Assembly (NCBI RefSeq): GCF_001194135.2
Contig: NC_068984.1
Coordinates: 33,729,136-33,777,396 of the forward strand
Source of the DNA: Octopus bimaculoides
Taxonomy: Eukaryota
DNA: 48,261 nt
Direction: 5' to 3'
Position 1 is the stretch's first letter. Every line of letters begins with the position of its first letter. Below are positions 36,863-48,261 of this stretch, one piece after another. Below the pieces are notes generated by a model. It saw only the letters and a program-made list of their open reading frames with translations. It did no database searches and was not told the DNA's origin. A program made the position numbers and the translations under genes.

Positions 36863-37884
36863 NNNNNNNNNNNNNNNNNNNNNNNNNNNNNNNNNNNNNN
36901 NNNNNNNNNNNNNNNNNNNNNNNNNNNNNNNNNNNNNNNNNNNNNNNNNNNNNNNNNNNNNNNNNNNNNNNNNNNNNNNNNNNNNNNNNNNNNNNNNNNN
37001 NNNNNNNNNNNNNNNNNNNNNNNNNNNNNNNNNNNNNNNNNNNNNNNNNNNNNNNNNNNNNNNNNNNNNNNNNNNNNNNNNNNNNNNNNNNNNNNNNNNN
37101 NNNNNNNNNNNNNNNNNNNNNNNNNNNNNNNNNNNNNNNNNNNNNNNNNNNNNNNNNNNNNNNNNNNNNNNNNNNNNNNNNNNNNNNNNNNNNNNNNNNN
37201 NNNNNNNNNNNNNNNNNNNNNNNNNNNNNNNNNNNNNNNNNNNNNNNNNNNNNNNNNNNNNNNNNNCTATGCAGCGCTAATAACAATATTAAAGTTATTG
37301 TTGCAAGATGTTGTAAAATATTTTATAGTTTCACATAGAAAGAGAAAAGTATTCGAAATATAATTAGATATTATAAGCATTAGTTTGAGACAGAAAAACG
37401 CATTATGTCTGTTTCCCTTCTCCATTACAAGTTGTTGCTTACAATGTATCATAAGATTTTACGCTGGAAAAGTAAATTCAACAGTTTATTTATAAAGAGG
37501 ATAATATTCGTGTCATACATTTCTATTGAAATGTTGTAGTAAAATAAAATTTTAATTAGTTCATCATTCAATACAACTTTTTTGAACAATCATAACGAAA
37601 ATAACATTTTGACGCCATTTCAGGAAAACATTAACTGTATAACATATTCAATAATCCGGCTTATAGTTTGATTTTATCACATACAGCAGTAAATATTTGA
37701 CAAAACATGTTGTTTTGAATTGCTCTTTCAATCCTCCCAACGGCCACCAATTTCGCACACAAGCGAGGTGTTGTCCCGATGTTATGGACAGTTACATTTG
37801 CTCACTATTTCATGCCGTGGAACCGAACTCAAAACATTGTGATTAGTAAATCAATCTTAATTCTTCGATTATAGCGCCTGCTTA

Positions 37885-39715
37885 TAACAACTAAAATCCC
37901 CAAAACAGGGAGACTTCCAAGTTTGCTCATGGAAACCGCACAAAAGACCACGATTGCCTCGACCTCTGGGACAACTGCCCTCTGCACTTAATCTACACTC
38001 GATCTAGAAGCGATGCTTAGAGTAAGCCCGTTCAGAAGGGTCATTCATATTACATTTACCCACTTCCTTCCCCTCACTTTCTTTTTCAAATAAAATTTCA
38101 AAAAAGTTGTTGAGGGCTTGGCCAAAGAGGCAAGTGTCTACCTTCAGTCCTTTAAACCTGCTACGCCACACAACATCTTTCACTAAGTTTACGAGACAAA
38201 GAAACAGTGCCTGCCCCTTCTCAGTCAATATATACACAGGAGACAAAAGCAAACACACTTGACAAACTGAATGTACGCATGATATCGAAAGGTTTCAATA
38301 GGTAACCATTTACCCAAACTACCGCGCAGATTTTGCTGTACATTTCAGGAATCCAGCTAAAGAAAACGTTACTGAAACCGGCCGCCGTAAGAGCGGCCGC
38401 CAAGTATTAGTAGTCGACGCTATTAAAGACTATAGACTGATTCACATTGATCAAAGGCCCACCCATGGCAGTATCTTTACTCACTTTGTGTAAGATGTAT
38501 CGCATGAGGTGGAAGTTCATGCGAATAGATCTGCTAGTGATTGGGTATGTTTGCGCATCACCAATCAGTTCCCCGACAATAAGCACCAACCTCTTTGCTA
38601 ACACGTTGGCCAAAATTTTGAAATATGTACTCAGCAGCGTTATGGGCCTAACATTTTCTATTTCATGCCCTTTGCTGGGTCTTTTCTCATCAGTACCACC
38701 ACTCCTCGACCCACAGAATTAGAAATTCGCCTGCTCTACTGCCACTTGCGGTAGATATCGACTAAAAAGCCGCCAAACAAGTTTAGCATATAAAAGCAAA
38801 AGTCGTAGGACACACCATAAAAACCGAGCTAAACAACTCATGATCGTATGCCGTATTTTCGCGGCTATTATCGGCATTTCGCAACACTCCAACCCCTTGC
38901 TAAATGTCGGGGTATGCAGGCAAGCTAGGCACTGAAATTCATCCTGCATTCCAGACTGCTATTCCTCTCAAAAAGTAGAGCAAATTGAAATGCTGCACAG
39001 TACTTCTCGTGGTCGATTACTATGTGCCCATCTTGGCCTCCAAAGACCGAATTGTGGCTTTGTTTCCATGGTGCACTTCTACCACCCTGTCCTATCAAGC
39101 AGCTTTCGTTCCTTCTTGTCTAAGAACACTCACCATTGCTTTGATAGTGAAACCTTCGTGTTTGGCGATGAAATAGTCGTCCAGGGTCAATCCTGCGGCC
39201 AGCACGTCGGTTTCAATACTTTGCCTGAGCACCTCTTTTAAGTTTCTGACAACTTGCCTTTTATTTATTTCTATCACTAATACATTATTCGACCGAATTA
39301 ATTCTACTCTAATTGCCTTTTTAAGAGCGAGCCACCATCTTTTGTTGACGATTCTTCCCATCAACACCCGCTTAACTGATTATGTGATCCTGTCTCTGCA
39401 AGCTTGGCCTGCTGGGAGTAACGTGTTCAGCTTCCACTAACCGGGTTCCTGCCTTCCAAGCCTGGTGGACCGTACAGGTCACAAATTTATGGTCTGCGCA
39501 GCAGATCAGTTTAAAAACTGAACAACTTATACTATCTCTAGCTACTGGCCTGCAGAATACTCTGTCTGGATACGAACGAGATGACCCAATGTGATTCGTA
39601 CACCTCCACATTGGCACATCTAGGATATCCAATCCGTATCTGTCAGCAGATTTGCAAAGCTTTTACAACCCTCTTTTATATCCGCTGGCCCCACACACTC
39701 CAAAACTGACTCTCA
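37885..39715 (-). mobile_element. L1/Tx1-clade LINE ORF2 relic (endonuclease end, partial RT, C-terminus, 3'UTR) with internal deletions
   Basis: SRSYPDRVFCR, DHKFV, RWWLALKKAIRVE, VRPITLLSTYFKILANVLAKRL, FNSVDY*YL, VWVNGYLLKPFDI, QVCLLLSPVYILT, fused directly to ALFLCLVNLVKDVVWRSRFKGL. Confidence 0.9.
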
Positions 39716-39764
39716 GAGGATATTCCGATCGCCGACTTACGCTAAAGGTGGAGACGTTCTAAGG

Positions 39765-40194
39765 AAGATTTTGCAGGCCAGTAGCTAGAGATAGTATAAG
39801 TTGTCCAGTTTTCAAACTGATCTCGCTGCACAGACCATAAATTTGTGACCTGTACGGTCGACCAGGCTTGGAAGGCAGGAACCCGGTTACTGGAAGCTGA
39901 ACGCGTCACTCCCAGCAGGCCAAGTTTGCAGAGACAGGATCACATAATCAGTTAAGCGGGTGTTGATGGGAAGGATCATCAACAAAAGATGGTGGCTCGA
40001 TCTTAAAAGGGCAATTAGAGTAGAATTAATTAGGTCTAGTAATGTTTGGAATGCACGATGAATTTCAGTGCCTACCTTGCCAGCATACCACGATTTCGGC
40101 AAAGGATCGGAGTGTTGCGAAATGCCGATAACAGCCGCGAAAATATGGCATGTGACCATGGGTTGCTTAGCCCGGTTTTCATGGTGTGTCCTAC
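39765..40194 (+). mobile_element. Second, inverted copy of the same Tx1-like ORF2 segment
   Basis: About 39772-40043 is the reverse complement of about 39283-39555, and about 40046-40194 of about 38800-38951. It reads DHKFVTCTV..PGYWKLNASL. Confidence 0.92.
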
Positions 40195-40207
40195 GAGTTG
40201 GTGTGTC

Positions 40208-40325
40208 CTACTTAATTTATCGACCTCGAAAGGATGAAATGCAAAGTCGACCTCGGCGAGATTTGAACTCAGAACCTAAGAACCGACGAAATGCCGCAAA
40301 GCATTTCACCCGGCGACTTAACGAA
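40208..40325 (-). mobile_element. Family A SINE fragment abutting (AAT)n at 40326-40395
   Basis: tacttaatttatcgacctcgaaaggatgaaatgcaaagtcgacctcggcgagatttgaactcagaac. Confidence 0.9.
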
Positions 40326-40395
<70 letters not shown>

Positions 40396-40775
40396 TTAGC
40401 AAGAGCAACAATATGAACAGCAACTATTATACCATCTTTTATTATTTGCTTTCATAGAAAGAAGTTGAATATCTTGGATAAACGTTTGTTAAATCGTATG
40501 GGAGTCGTTGAAACTCTTAATACTCAATATCAGTACAGAGTATTTCTGGTAAGAAAAAATTGCTTTCATGGATAGAAATATTCACCAATACCAGCATCTA
40601 CTTAATATTTTTTGCGCATAATCTTTTTATAGACAGTAATGTATCTCTAATTGGCATTGTCATAGTTCATATTTGGTTAGCAATCGAAACATTACAGTAT
40701 ATATGCGTGTGTATGTATATTTATGTATGTATGTATGTGTCTGTATATGTATATAAAATATATATGTGTGTATAT

Positions 40776-40809
<34 letters not shown>

Positions 40810-42212
40810 ATATATATTGATCGAATAAATGAATGCATATCATTTAGTTTTGTACTTATAAGAATTATATGTTGCTCAATAAAGATCTTTTGAGGAAAAA
40901 TGTAATATCACTTTGTATAGAAATGTATAAATCTACAACAAAGGATACTTTCTTTAAACTCTTTTATATTACCTTTAGGTTTTGCAGAAAACACAATACG
41001 AAGCACGATGAATTAGTCGATAACAGTATTTCCCACAATTTAATCGTTCCTATTCTGAGTGATTTAACATTTTTTTTTTTTTTTTTGACGACTTTTTAAC
41101 CAACCATTAATATTTTTCTGTTCGGGGCATGTTTTTCAAATTCTTAGATTGGCAGAAGTAGAATTCATTTTACTTGATGTTCTTGATGTTGACATACACT
41201 TTTGGCATCTGATGTCACACTTATTCAAAACTTTTGACAAGCAAGGAAGAGAAGATGGGAATATTTGCCATAGAGATAAACACCCCAAGCTCACACGCAT
41301 ATTCTCAACAAAAGGATTTCAACTAATTTATTCTAGTGTTTTAAAATATTGTCAATTACTTCACAATGGCATATTGGGAGCACGTCTCTTACATCATTTA
41401 AGCATAATACTAATTGCGTTTGAATCGAAGTCCAAAGAGATTTAGAAGGGCGCGATGTCAGTGTTAATTTTTATGACGAAGCAACGTGACATCCATTTAG
41501 TTTGGCGCTGTCCGCTTAATAACATTCCATTTATTGCATTTTCATATAGTATTAACGCATGTCGAAGTGGATCCGTTAGTGACGCACATGCTGACAGTTA
41601 ACGAAGTAATTTTGTGGGCTGATGCTTTAGAAAACTATATGAATATTGAATACATTGGCACGATTCTGTTTAGTCTTAATCTTCATTTTTCTACCAATCA
41701 ATTAATGTCAACCATTAGGGAACTTAACGCTTTGCTTAGAACCATTGTCGCTATTGTAATTAATAAATATTTCATACTATTCTCACTTTCTTCCCAGTAT
41801 ATACATACGTACATACATACACACGTACATCCATACACACATACCAACAGACATACATACATACTGTATATATACGTGTGTGCCTGTGCATGTGTGTGAG
41901 TGTGCGTATGTAAGGTAATATTTATCTCCCACTTAAAGTGGATGTTTTGTTAAAACACTGAAGTCTGCGTTATTTACCATGACAAGACCTCATATGGCTC
42001 GTGGTTCTTGAAAACACTCGAGTTTATATCCTTGACGGGCGAAAACCGGCCGCTACTGAAACGACTGTCATTCAGTGCTTTTATACACCATCAGTCCATA
42101 TGAGAGGTCCTGTCATGGTAAATATTGCAATGTTTGTGTTCTAATAAAACATCGACTCCAAGAGGGCATTAAGTATTACCTTTGGGTATTAAAACTACTT
42201 CTGACGCTATGA

Positions 42213-42259
<47 letters not shown>

Positions 42260-42394
42260 GCAACACGAAAATAAAAAAATAAAAAACAAAGACTAAACGG
42301 ACACATTGGATGCATTAGCTTGTGCCTGAATATGAGATGGTAAAAATAGAGCGTGTATAACATTTCGCGCATAGCTCTTCGTGAATGAAAAAAA

Positions 42395-43030
42395 ATGAGA
42401 AAGGAAAAGTCCGGAGAGAACCCAGCTGTTTTAGGGTTATATAGGACATCATCAGGAAAGAGTGCTTCTTGAGAAGCTTGCTGCCAACTTGTACATTGTT
42501 GCTCACTTCACTTTTCAGCACTGCATTTACACGTTTATTTTTGCTGCTGTTGTTCAGCAGGTGCTGCCTGAGTGATACCATACGGCATTCGAAGGCCGTC
42601 CGCACTGACCTCAGGCCTCTCCCACCTCCATTTCTTCTTAAGTTGAGCCTGTCAGCATCACTATTTCTGTGGATGTTCCCAGTTTTTGTCAGAATTTTGC
42701 AAGCTTTGGTATTTATGGAGTGGATTTTCTCTACAGACCAATCAAGTATCCCAAATGTTGGGATCAGCAGTGGTACATGTCTTTGTGAGTCTCTCTATAG
42801 CAAGTTAGGGTGGTAAGTACTTTTGCCAGATCTAGGCACTTCAATAGCCATGCATGAGGGTTAGAGTCGAATGCCTTCCTATAGCCAAGCCATACTGTCA
42901 CATGTTTTCTACGCTGTTTTCTTACTTCAGACAGTACAGCTTTGTTTATTACAATTTGTTCGGCACGTCCCCACACTTCCTTCTTTCCACCAGCCTGTCC
43001 ATCAGTCACAATGTTGTTCAACTCATAATG
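42395..43030 (-). mobile_element. R4/Dong-type LINE relic (RT fragment fused to the post-RT region)
   Basis: QAGGKKEVWGRAEQIVINKAVLSEVRKQRRKHVTVWLGYRKAFDSNPHAWLL, then a deletion, then VPLLIPTFGILDWS..TKACKILTKTGNIHRNSDADRLNLRRNGGGRGLRSV. The clade assignment is from motif memory. Confidence 0.8.
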
Positions 43031-43074
43031 GTCCTGGAGGAATTGGGTGAGGCATCTTGTCCTTGCTGTATATG

Positions 43075-43227
43075 TATGTTTGCATATATGTTTGCATGTA
43101 TGTATGTATGTATGTATGTATGTATGTCATGTATGTATGTATGTATGTATGTATGTATGTATGTATGTATGTGTATGTATGCATGTATGTATGTATGTTT
43201 GTGTGTGTATGTATGTATGTATGTATA
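43075..43227. repeat. (TATG)n microsatellite
   Basis: Direct reading. Confidence 0.97.
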
Positions 43228-43478
43228 TGATGCAATCATATGCCCTTCAGAATCTTGTGTTTACAAAACCGGAATGACAAACCAAATTAAGTAATTATAA
43301 TTACAATTCATTAATGGCACTGGGAAAAGATAAAAAAGAAGGTTTTGTGCTGTAGCCTATAAGAACATTTATACACGTGTAGACATCCAGACATATGATC
43401 TTTTACGTATACAGAATTCAAAGGATACGAGTGCATACATGCAGTTACATTTATAGCTGAACACGCAAATATATGTAC

Positions 43479-43534
<56 letters not shown>

Positions 43535-43536
<2 letters not shown>

Positions 43537-43590
43537 GCATAACGAGTATATGTCCATATGCATAACGAGTATATGTCCATATGCATAACG
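43535..43590. repeat. 23-bp tandem repeat (about 2.4 copies) next to (TA)n
   Basis: atgcataacgagtatatgtccat at 43535 and 43558, with a partial copy at 43581. Confidence 0.92.
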
Positions 43591-44607
43591 ACTTCGAGAA
43601 TAAAAGAATAAACGTAGAACCTTCTAATAAAAGCATCATCCCGGTGTAAAAACAATAGGTTACATTTTTCTGTGGTATAGATATCCAAAATTGTGTATTG
43701 CGATAAAGCTCAGTTGCCCGACGAATATAAATGTCTCATGTACAACTAGAGCAAAGGAGAATATCTAAGTTACATTAATGAGAAACTTACAACTAATATA
43801 TCCAGGTTATAGATTTATATATAAATCTTCTGTCATAGATGCACTTACCAAATATAACAACAAAATTGCACAATAGCCTAGATATGCTGGAGTTCTTGAA
43901 GAAAGAGCGAGCAAACTATTTACCATTCTCTGAATGCAATCGGATAGCGATATTGTGAAAATTTGCAAGAAATATTCCATGCATTCTCTGTTATTTTTAC
44001 TAGATTGAACATAGACTCCCAATCACAGGTACATAACGAATGAACACACGTAAACATAAATGGTTAAAAAGAACTCACACGCGCCGCACATGGGTTCACG
44101 TTTTTCTACACACATTCCAACACGTCTGCACTCTAGCTGTTTCACATATCTGCCAAGTGATATCTTCATTGAAGTAAGCGATCGTCGTGCCTTTCTGTGA
44201 AACGATCTTTAATTCAGCATAGAATATAATTCTTAAATCACAAAGATATAAGCGTTTATACATCTATTCATACACACTTGTCTTTTTTTCTCATAGCGAT
44301 TTGGATAAACATCACTTCAAAATTAATCAATTGTGTATCTTCATTACGTAAGTATATGAATAATGTTGTTTATACAAGCGAAATAATTATGAATTATATG
44401 TAAAATTTATACTTTTTTACTTTTCTTCTAAGTATATTACTTTCAATGTTGGTTTCAGCCGATTCTGTATATACATGTTAGGCTAGCTCTACTGATATTT
44501 ATTGAATTATATAATATGTTAGAATTTAAAATGTTCTAATTAATTGTATTCTTAATTACCGTGGATATATTTTTTGGTGTTTCTACAGCATTTTTCTACA
44601 CATAACA

Positions 44608-44745
44608 GACAGTATGATAACGTTCCTGGACTAGTTATAGTTGATAAAAAAAAAAAGCTTATTTACCTAAGTTTTGACGCCATCGCCTTCGAAATAGTCC
44701 CCTTACGCAGTAATACACCAGTTCTAACGCTGCTGCTACATTAGG
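44608..44745 (-). mobile_element. Mariner 3' end with TIR-like terminus
   Basis: Minus strand QQR*NWCITA*GDYFEGDG; terminus gtatgataacgttcctggact. Confidence 0.75.
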
Positions 44746-45945
44746 AATACGGCCTATATGAGTGCACTTATGAGAATGTCTAATGCCAATGTGTGTGCAT
44801 CTGCTATGCATGTGTGTAGCGGGGTGTGCATGCGTGTAAGCTGGGGTGTGGGTGAGAACCGATCGTATCTATTGTCAATGCTAGTGTTATTGTTGCACAA
44901 CAAAATGCAGTTTTAGGAAATACTCAAAAGGTTATGAATGTAATAATACTTCGGGCTACAATATAAAATCTAATGAATTAAAACTGTTTAGAAAGGAATG
45001 TCAATCAAAATAGATGAAGACAAACCTTGTCAAGATACAAGATTACGTCAACAACGTGATGTCTGAGATCGTCATCCCTATAGCGAAGGAATATGAGATC
45101 CTAACAGAAATACGCATTAAATAGATAAAGAGAGTAGACTTAGTTTAGCACATGACTAATGCAAATCTGTGCCCACCATGTTTTTCTAGGTCAATGGCAC
45201 TTTCATGGGCCGTGGTGCCTGATTGGTGTGACATATCCACGCAGATAAAAATGAGTATTCAGGTAGATGTAGACGTGCCTGCGCATGAGATGGCTACATG
45301 CATTTATAGTTAGACCGACAACGTGCTATCTCTGAAATACGAAGCAAAGGTAGAAAATGTCGATACCAATGCTGTTATTTATTAAGGTTTCGGTGCTGTT
45401 GTTGTTTTCTTTTTGTCCCAGATTTTATCAGGTCAAACTTGAGCGTCTAAGTTTCACTTCTTGTGAAAGGGACCCGTTTCACTTTTCAAGATAATCACAC
45501 GTAAAACTTTCTGGCAGACTCATGACTTGTCGATGATGAATTATGGTGTGCAGCCATACAGTGAAGATAATCTTTAGGAAAGATTTATGTATAGTGAGAA
45601 TTTGTAAGGCACAGTTTTACCGCAGCTCCATCATTGAGAACTGCGGTGCAGGCCCACTGAGTATATGTCATCTGTCTTTACTACCAGTAGATAACGCAGC
45701 AAGCGGCCCTAACCCTAGGAATCTATAGATGTTTAATAGTGATGAAGGGTAGTCAGTTTAATTATGAAGGCTTCTTTGAACAGTCTTCCTATTGTGATTT
45801 CTCATTTACTGTATTTGATATTATTTTGCTTTCCATGCCTTTTGTCTTTGTGAAAATCTTCATTGATTATTTTCTGTAATTTCTTTCCTGATAGTTACCT
45901 AATATCTGTCAAACCCGCGGCAAATATCAATATCATTATTGCTAA

Positions 45946-46040
45946 CCTCCTCCTCCTCCTCCTCCACCACCACCACCACCACTATCACAACAACAACAAC
46001 AACCAACACCTCCCCCTTATCATCATCATCATCATCATCA
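45946..46040. repeat. Stacked trinucleotide repeats (CCT)(CAC)(CAA)(CAT)
   Basis: Direct reading. Confidence 0.9.
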
Positions 46041-46284
46041 CTGTTGTGTCACCTATGACTTGATTCTAATTATCACCCTTAAGCATGTGACTTTCAATAT
46101 TTATTTTCCACAAACCTTGTAAGCTGCTTATTTTTTGCTGAAATGTTGGAAATATGTTGAGAGAAATGTCTTATGCCTCAGTCAACCTGTACACATACTT
46201 ATATATGCTGAATGCACATACAAAACATGTACACACACAAAGGAAAAAAGCGATTCGAAGAAAATCACAAATAATTGCACTGCA

Positions 46285-46338
46285 CGTAGAGAGAGAGAGA
46301 CGGAGAGAGAGACAGGCAGACAGAGAGAAAGAGGGAGA

Positions 46339-46384
<46 letters not shown>

Positions 46385-46584
46385 GAGAGAGAGAGACAGA
46401 GAGACAGAGAGACAGAGAGAGAGAGAGAGATTGAAACAAAGAAAGAGGCAACGAGAGACTATATGCATAACTCCGATTATATGGAAAGCATGTCAGTCAA
46501 TGTAAAATCTTTTTTTCTGTTCAGCTCCTTGTCTTTACTGCATCCAATTTTCCAACGAACATACTCACACACCACCTTTCTCTC

Positions 46585-46631
<47 letters not shown>

Positions 46632-46680
46632 TTCTTTCTTTATTTATTTCTTTCTTTCTTTCTTCCTCTCTCTCTCCGCA
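46285..46680. repeat. (GA)n-rich tract (46285-46430) facing a (CT)n-rich tract (46575-46680)
   Basis: Direct reading. Confidence 0.93.
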
Positions 46681-47104
46681 ATTTAATTGAGTGTAGTGTG
46701 CTGGAATGTACTTCAAGTTTAAGGCGCTTCTTTATGTTTTGATCTTTTATGAAAGCCAAGCAATCCAAATTATTAAACGGTAAGTTAAGGATTGGCACTA
46801 GATTGCAGCAATGCTAGCTTTGAAATCCTCCTTTTGTCACAACATACACGGCATTTCAAATACATAATCACAATATTTATTTTCTTAGATTTGTTCCGTT
46901 CCCATTTCATCTCTTTCAACTATTCCTAGATATAGTAACATCCGGAATTCTAGGAAACAGCTCATTGTCTGCGCTGGCAACAATTGCTCTAAAGGAAAGT
47001 TCATAGAAAACTTCTATCATTTTAGATAGGGTGGGGAGTGAATAACCTAACCTTTCGAACCCAGTGCCAAAGCAACGAAAGTACTATCTCTCTCTATCAA
47101 TTTA

Positions 47105-47176
<72 letters not shown>

Positions 47177-47499
47177 ACAAACTATCTGTATGTCAATCTA
47201 TCTCTATCGTCTTATTTTTTATCACCCCTAATTGTAACTCCTATTTGTCGTGCGCCATTTTCTTGTTGTTATTGGGTACTAATTATTTTCTTCTTTTATC
47301 TAATCGACTGGGGAGTGGTTTCCATTGTATGCATTTAACTATATGTATTTGCATCTCTGTGTGCATACATAGATAGGAAGATAGAGAGAACGCGATACCT
47401 ATACGCGTGGATATTTACACCAGAAATTCATATTTCACATGAGCTTGCCATATTACCCTCATTTCGGATTCTAATATATACAAATGGATTTGTTGGATT

Positions 47500-47625
47500 T
47501 ATACACCACCGATTGCTCTATGAATAATATGCCTACACGGCCAAATAGCCTATATATTAAGCTGTTCCTGGAGGAAGTCGAAGACATTGCGAGACAGATA
47601 CGATGGAAAGTCATATACAAGCGGG
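47500..47625 (+). mobile_element. Penelope-like ORF N-terminal relic
   Basis: DCSMNNMPTRPNSLYIKLFLEEVEDIARQIRWKVIY matches the PLE N-terminal pattern YS.KNIP.p....Y.k.lie..E.f.rr.RWKa. Confidence 0.6.
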
Positions 47626-47819
47626 TGCTGAATAGTTTGGCTCCCGAGTTCTTTTACAGGGCTTAGAAAAACTGAAGGACCGCTGAAATACACGTGTAGA
47701 TTAGAGAGGGGGATACATGGAATAAAATCATAATTAATTAATCGTCCAGTATTTTCTTTTACCCTAAACCAGGAACTTTTCAGGACTTCTTTGTATTTTG
47801 ACACTATGTATGGTAAAAC

Positions 47820-47939
47820 AATACATAGATAGATAGATAGACAGACAGACAGACTGACAAGTAGATAGATAGATAGATAGATACATACATACATACATAC
47901 ATACATACGTACACAGATAGCTAGCTCGATAGCTAGCTT

Positions 47940-47970
<31 letters not shown>
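47820..47970. repeat. (GATA)n/(CATA)n compound microsatellite; a (TATC)n tract also lies at 47105-47175
   Basis: Direct reading. Confidence 0.95.
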
Positions 47971-48261
47971 TTCTTTTATTAGCCACACAGGGCTCAACAA
48001 AGATGGGACGAATACAATGTAGAGCTTTTCTTTTTGGGAGGGGAAAGGAAGAAAAAAAAAGTAGGGGTGGGTGTCGATCAAAAGGGATCGTAGGAAGGAA
48101 AAAAGGGGGGAGTTCGATCAAAAGGGACCGAGAGAATAGAAGAAGAAAAAAAAAAGCGATCAATAGGGATCGTGTATCACAGTAATGTTCTCGTGTAAAA
48201 AGAGGGGAGGACAGTTTAGGTTTAGCCGTGGAAAGAAAAGCCTACGGAAAAGACCACGATA
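47971..48261 (-). mobile_element. 3'UTR and 3' end of a Tx1-like LINE, continuing beyond the window
   Basis: The window end, ggaaaagaccacgata, matches caaaagaccacgatt (about 37939-37953) in the 3'UTR of the 37885-39715 relic. The minus strand ends ...gtgtggctaataaaagaaa directly on (TCTA)n. Confidence 0.65.

Noticed and set aside
45863-46063. Poly-H/N/Q/P ORF as a transcription-factor exon
   Set aside because: Stacked trinucleotide repeats with no recognisable domain or convincing splice context.
2083-47906. Long low-complexity ORFs (YI, CV, HT, ER, SL, N/I runs) and X-containing ORFs
   Set aside because: They are translations of microsatellites or N-gaps, not genes.

Overview
AT-rich, microsatellite-dense eukaryotic DNA with six N-gaps. 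The SINE families and repeat landscape point to an octopus or other cephalopod; this is recognition from memory, not a search. I find no intact protein-coding gene, rRNA, tRNA or CRISPR array, and nearly all ORFs in the track are microsatellite or N-gap artefacts. The window is a graveyard of mobile elements: two tRNA-derived SINE families (about 20 copies), four mariner relics, a DD37D/maT-like relic, a CR1/L2-type LINE, L1/Tx1-type LINE pieces, R4/Dong-type LINE pieces, several Penelope-like element (PLE) relics, a Helentron-type non-autonomous element and a Gypsy integrase fragment. Four observations stand out. (1) A 278-bp palindrome next to a decayed PLE carries one minimal hammerhead ribozyme on each strand, each with a different core lesion. 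(2) A 49-bp LINE 3' end is inserted with a 13-bp target-site duplication into a SINE head, while a related 3' end sits on a (GATA)n tract, hinting at sequence-specific Tx1-like families. (3) A Tx1-like ORF2 segment is present as a large inverted duplication. (4) A Gypsy integrase fragment lies inside a Helentron-type element. Boundaries of old relics are approximate, to tens of bp.
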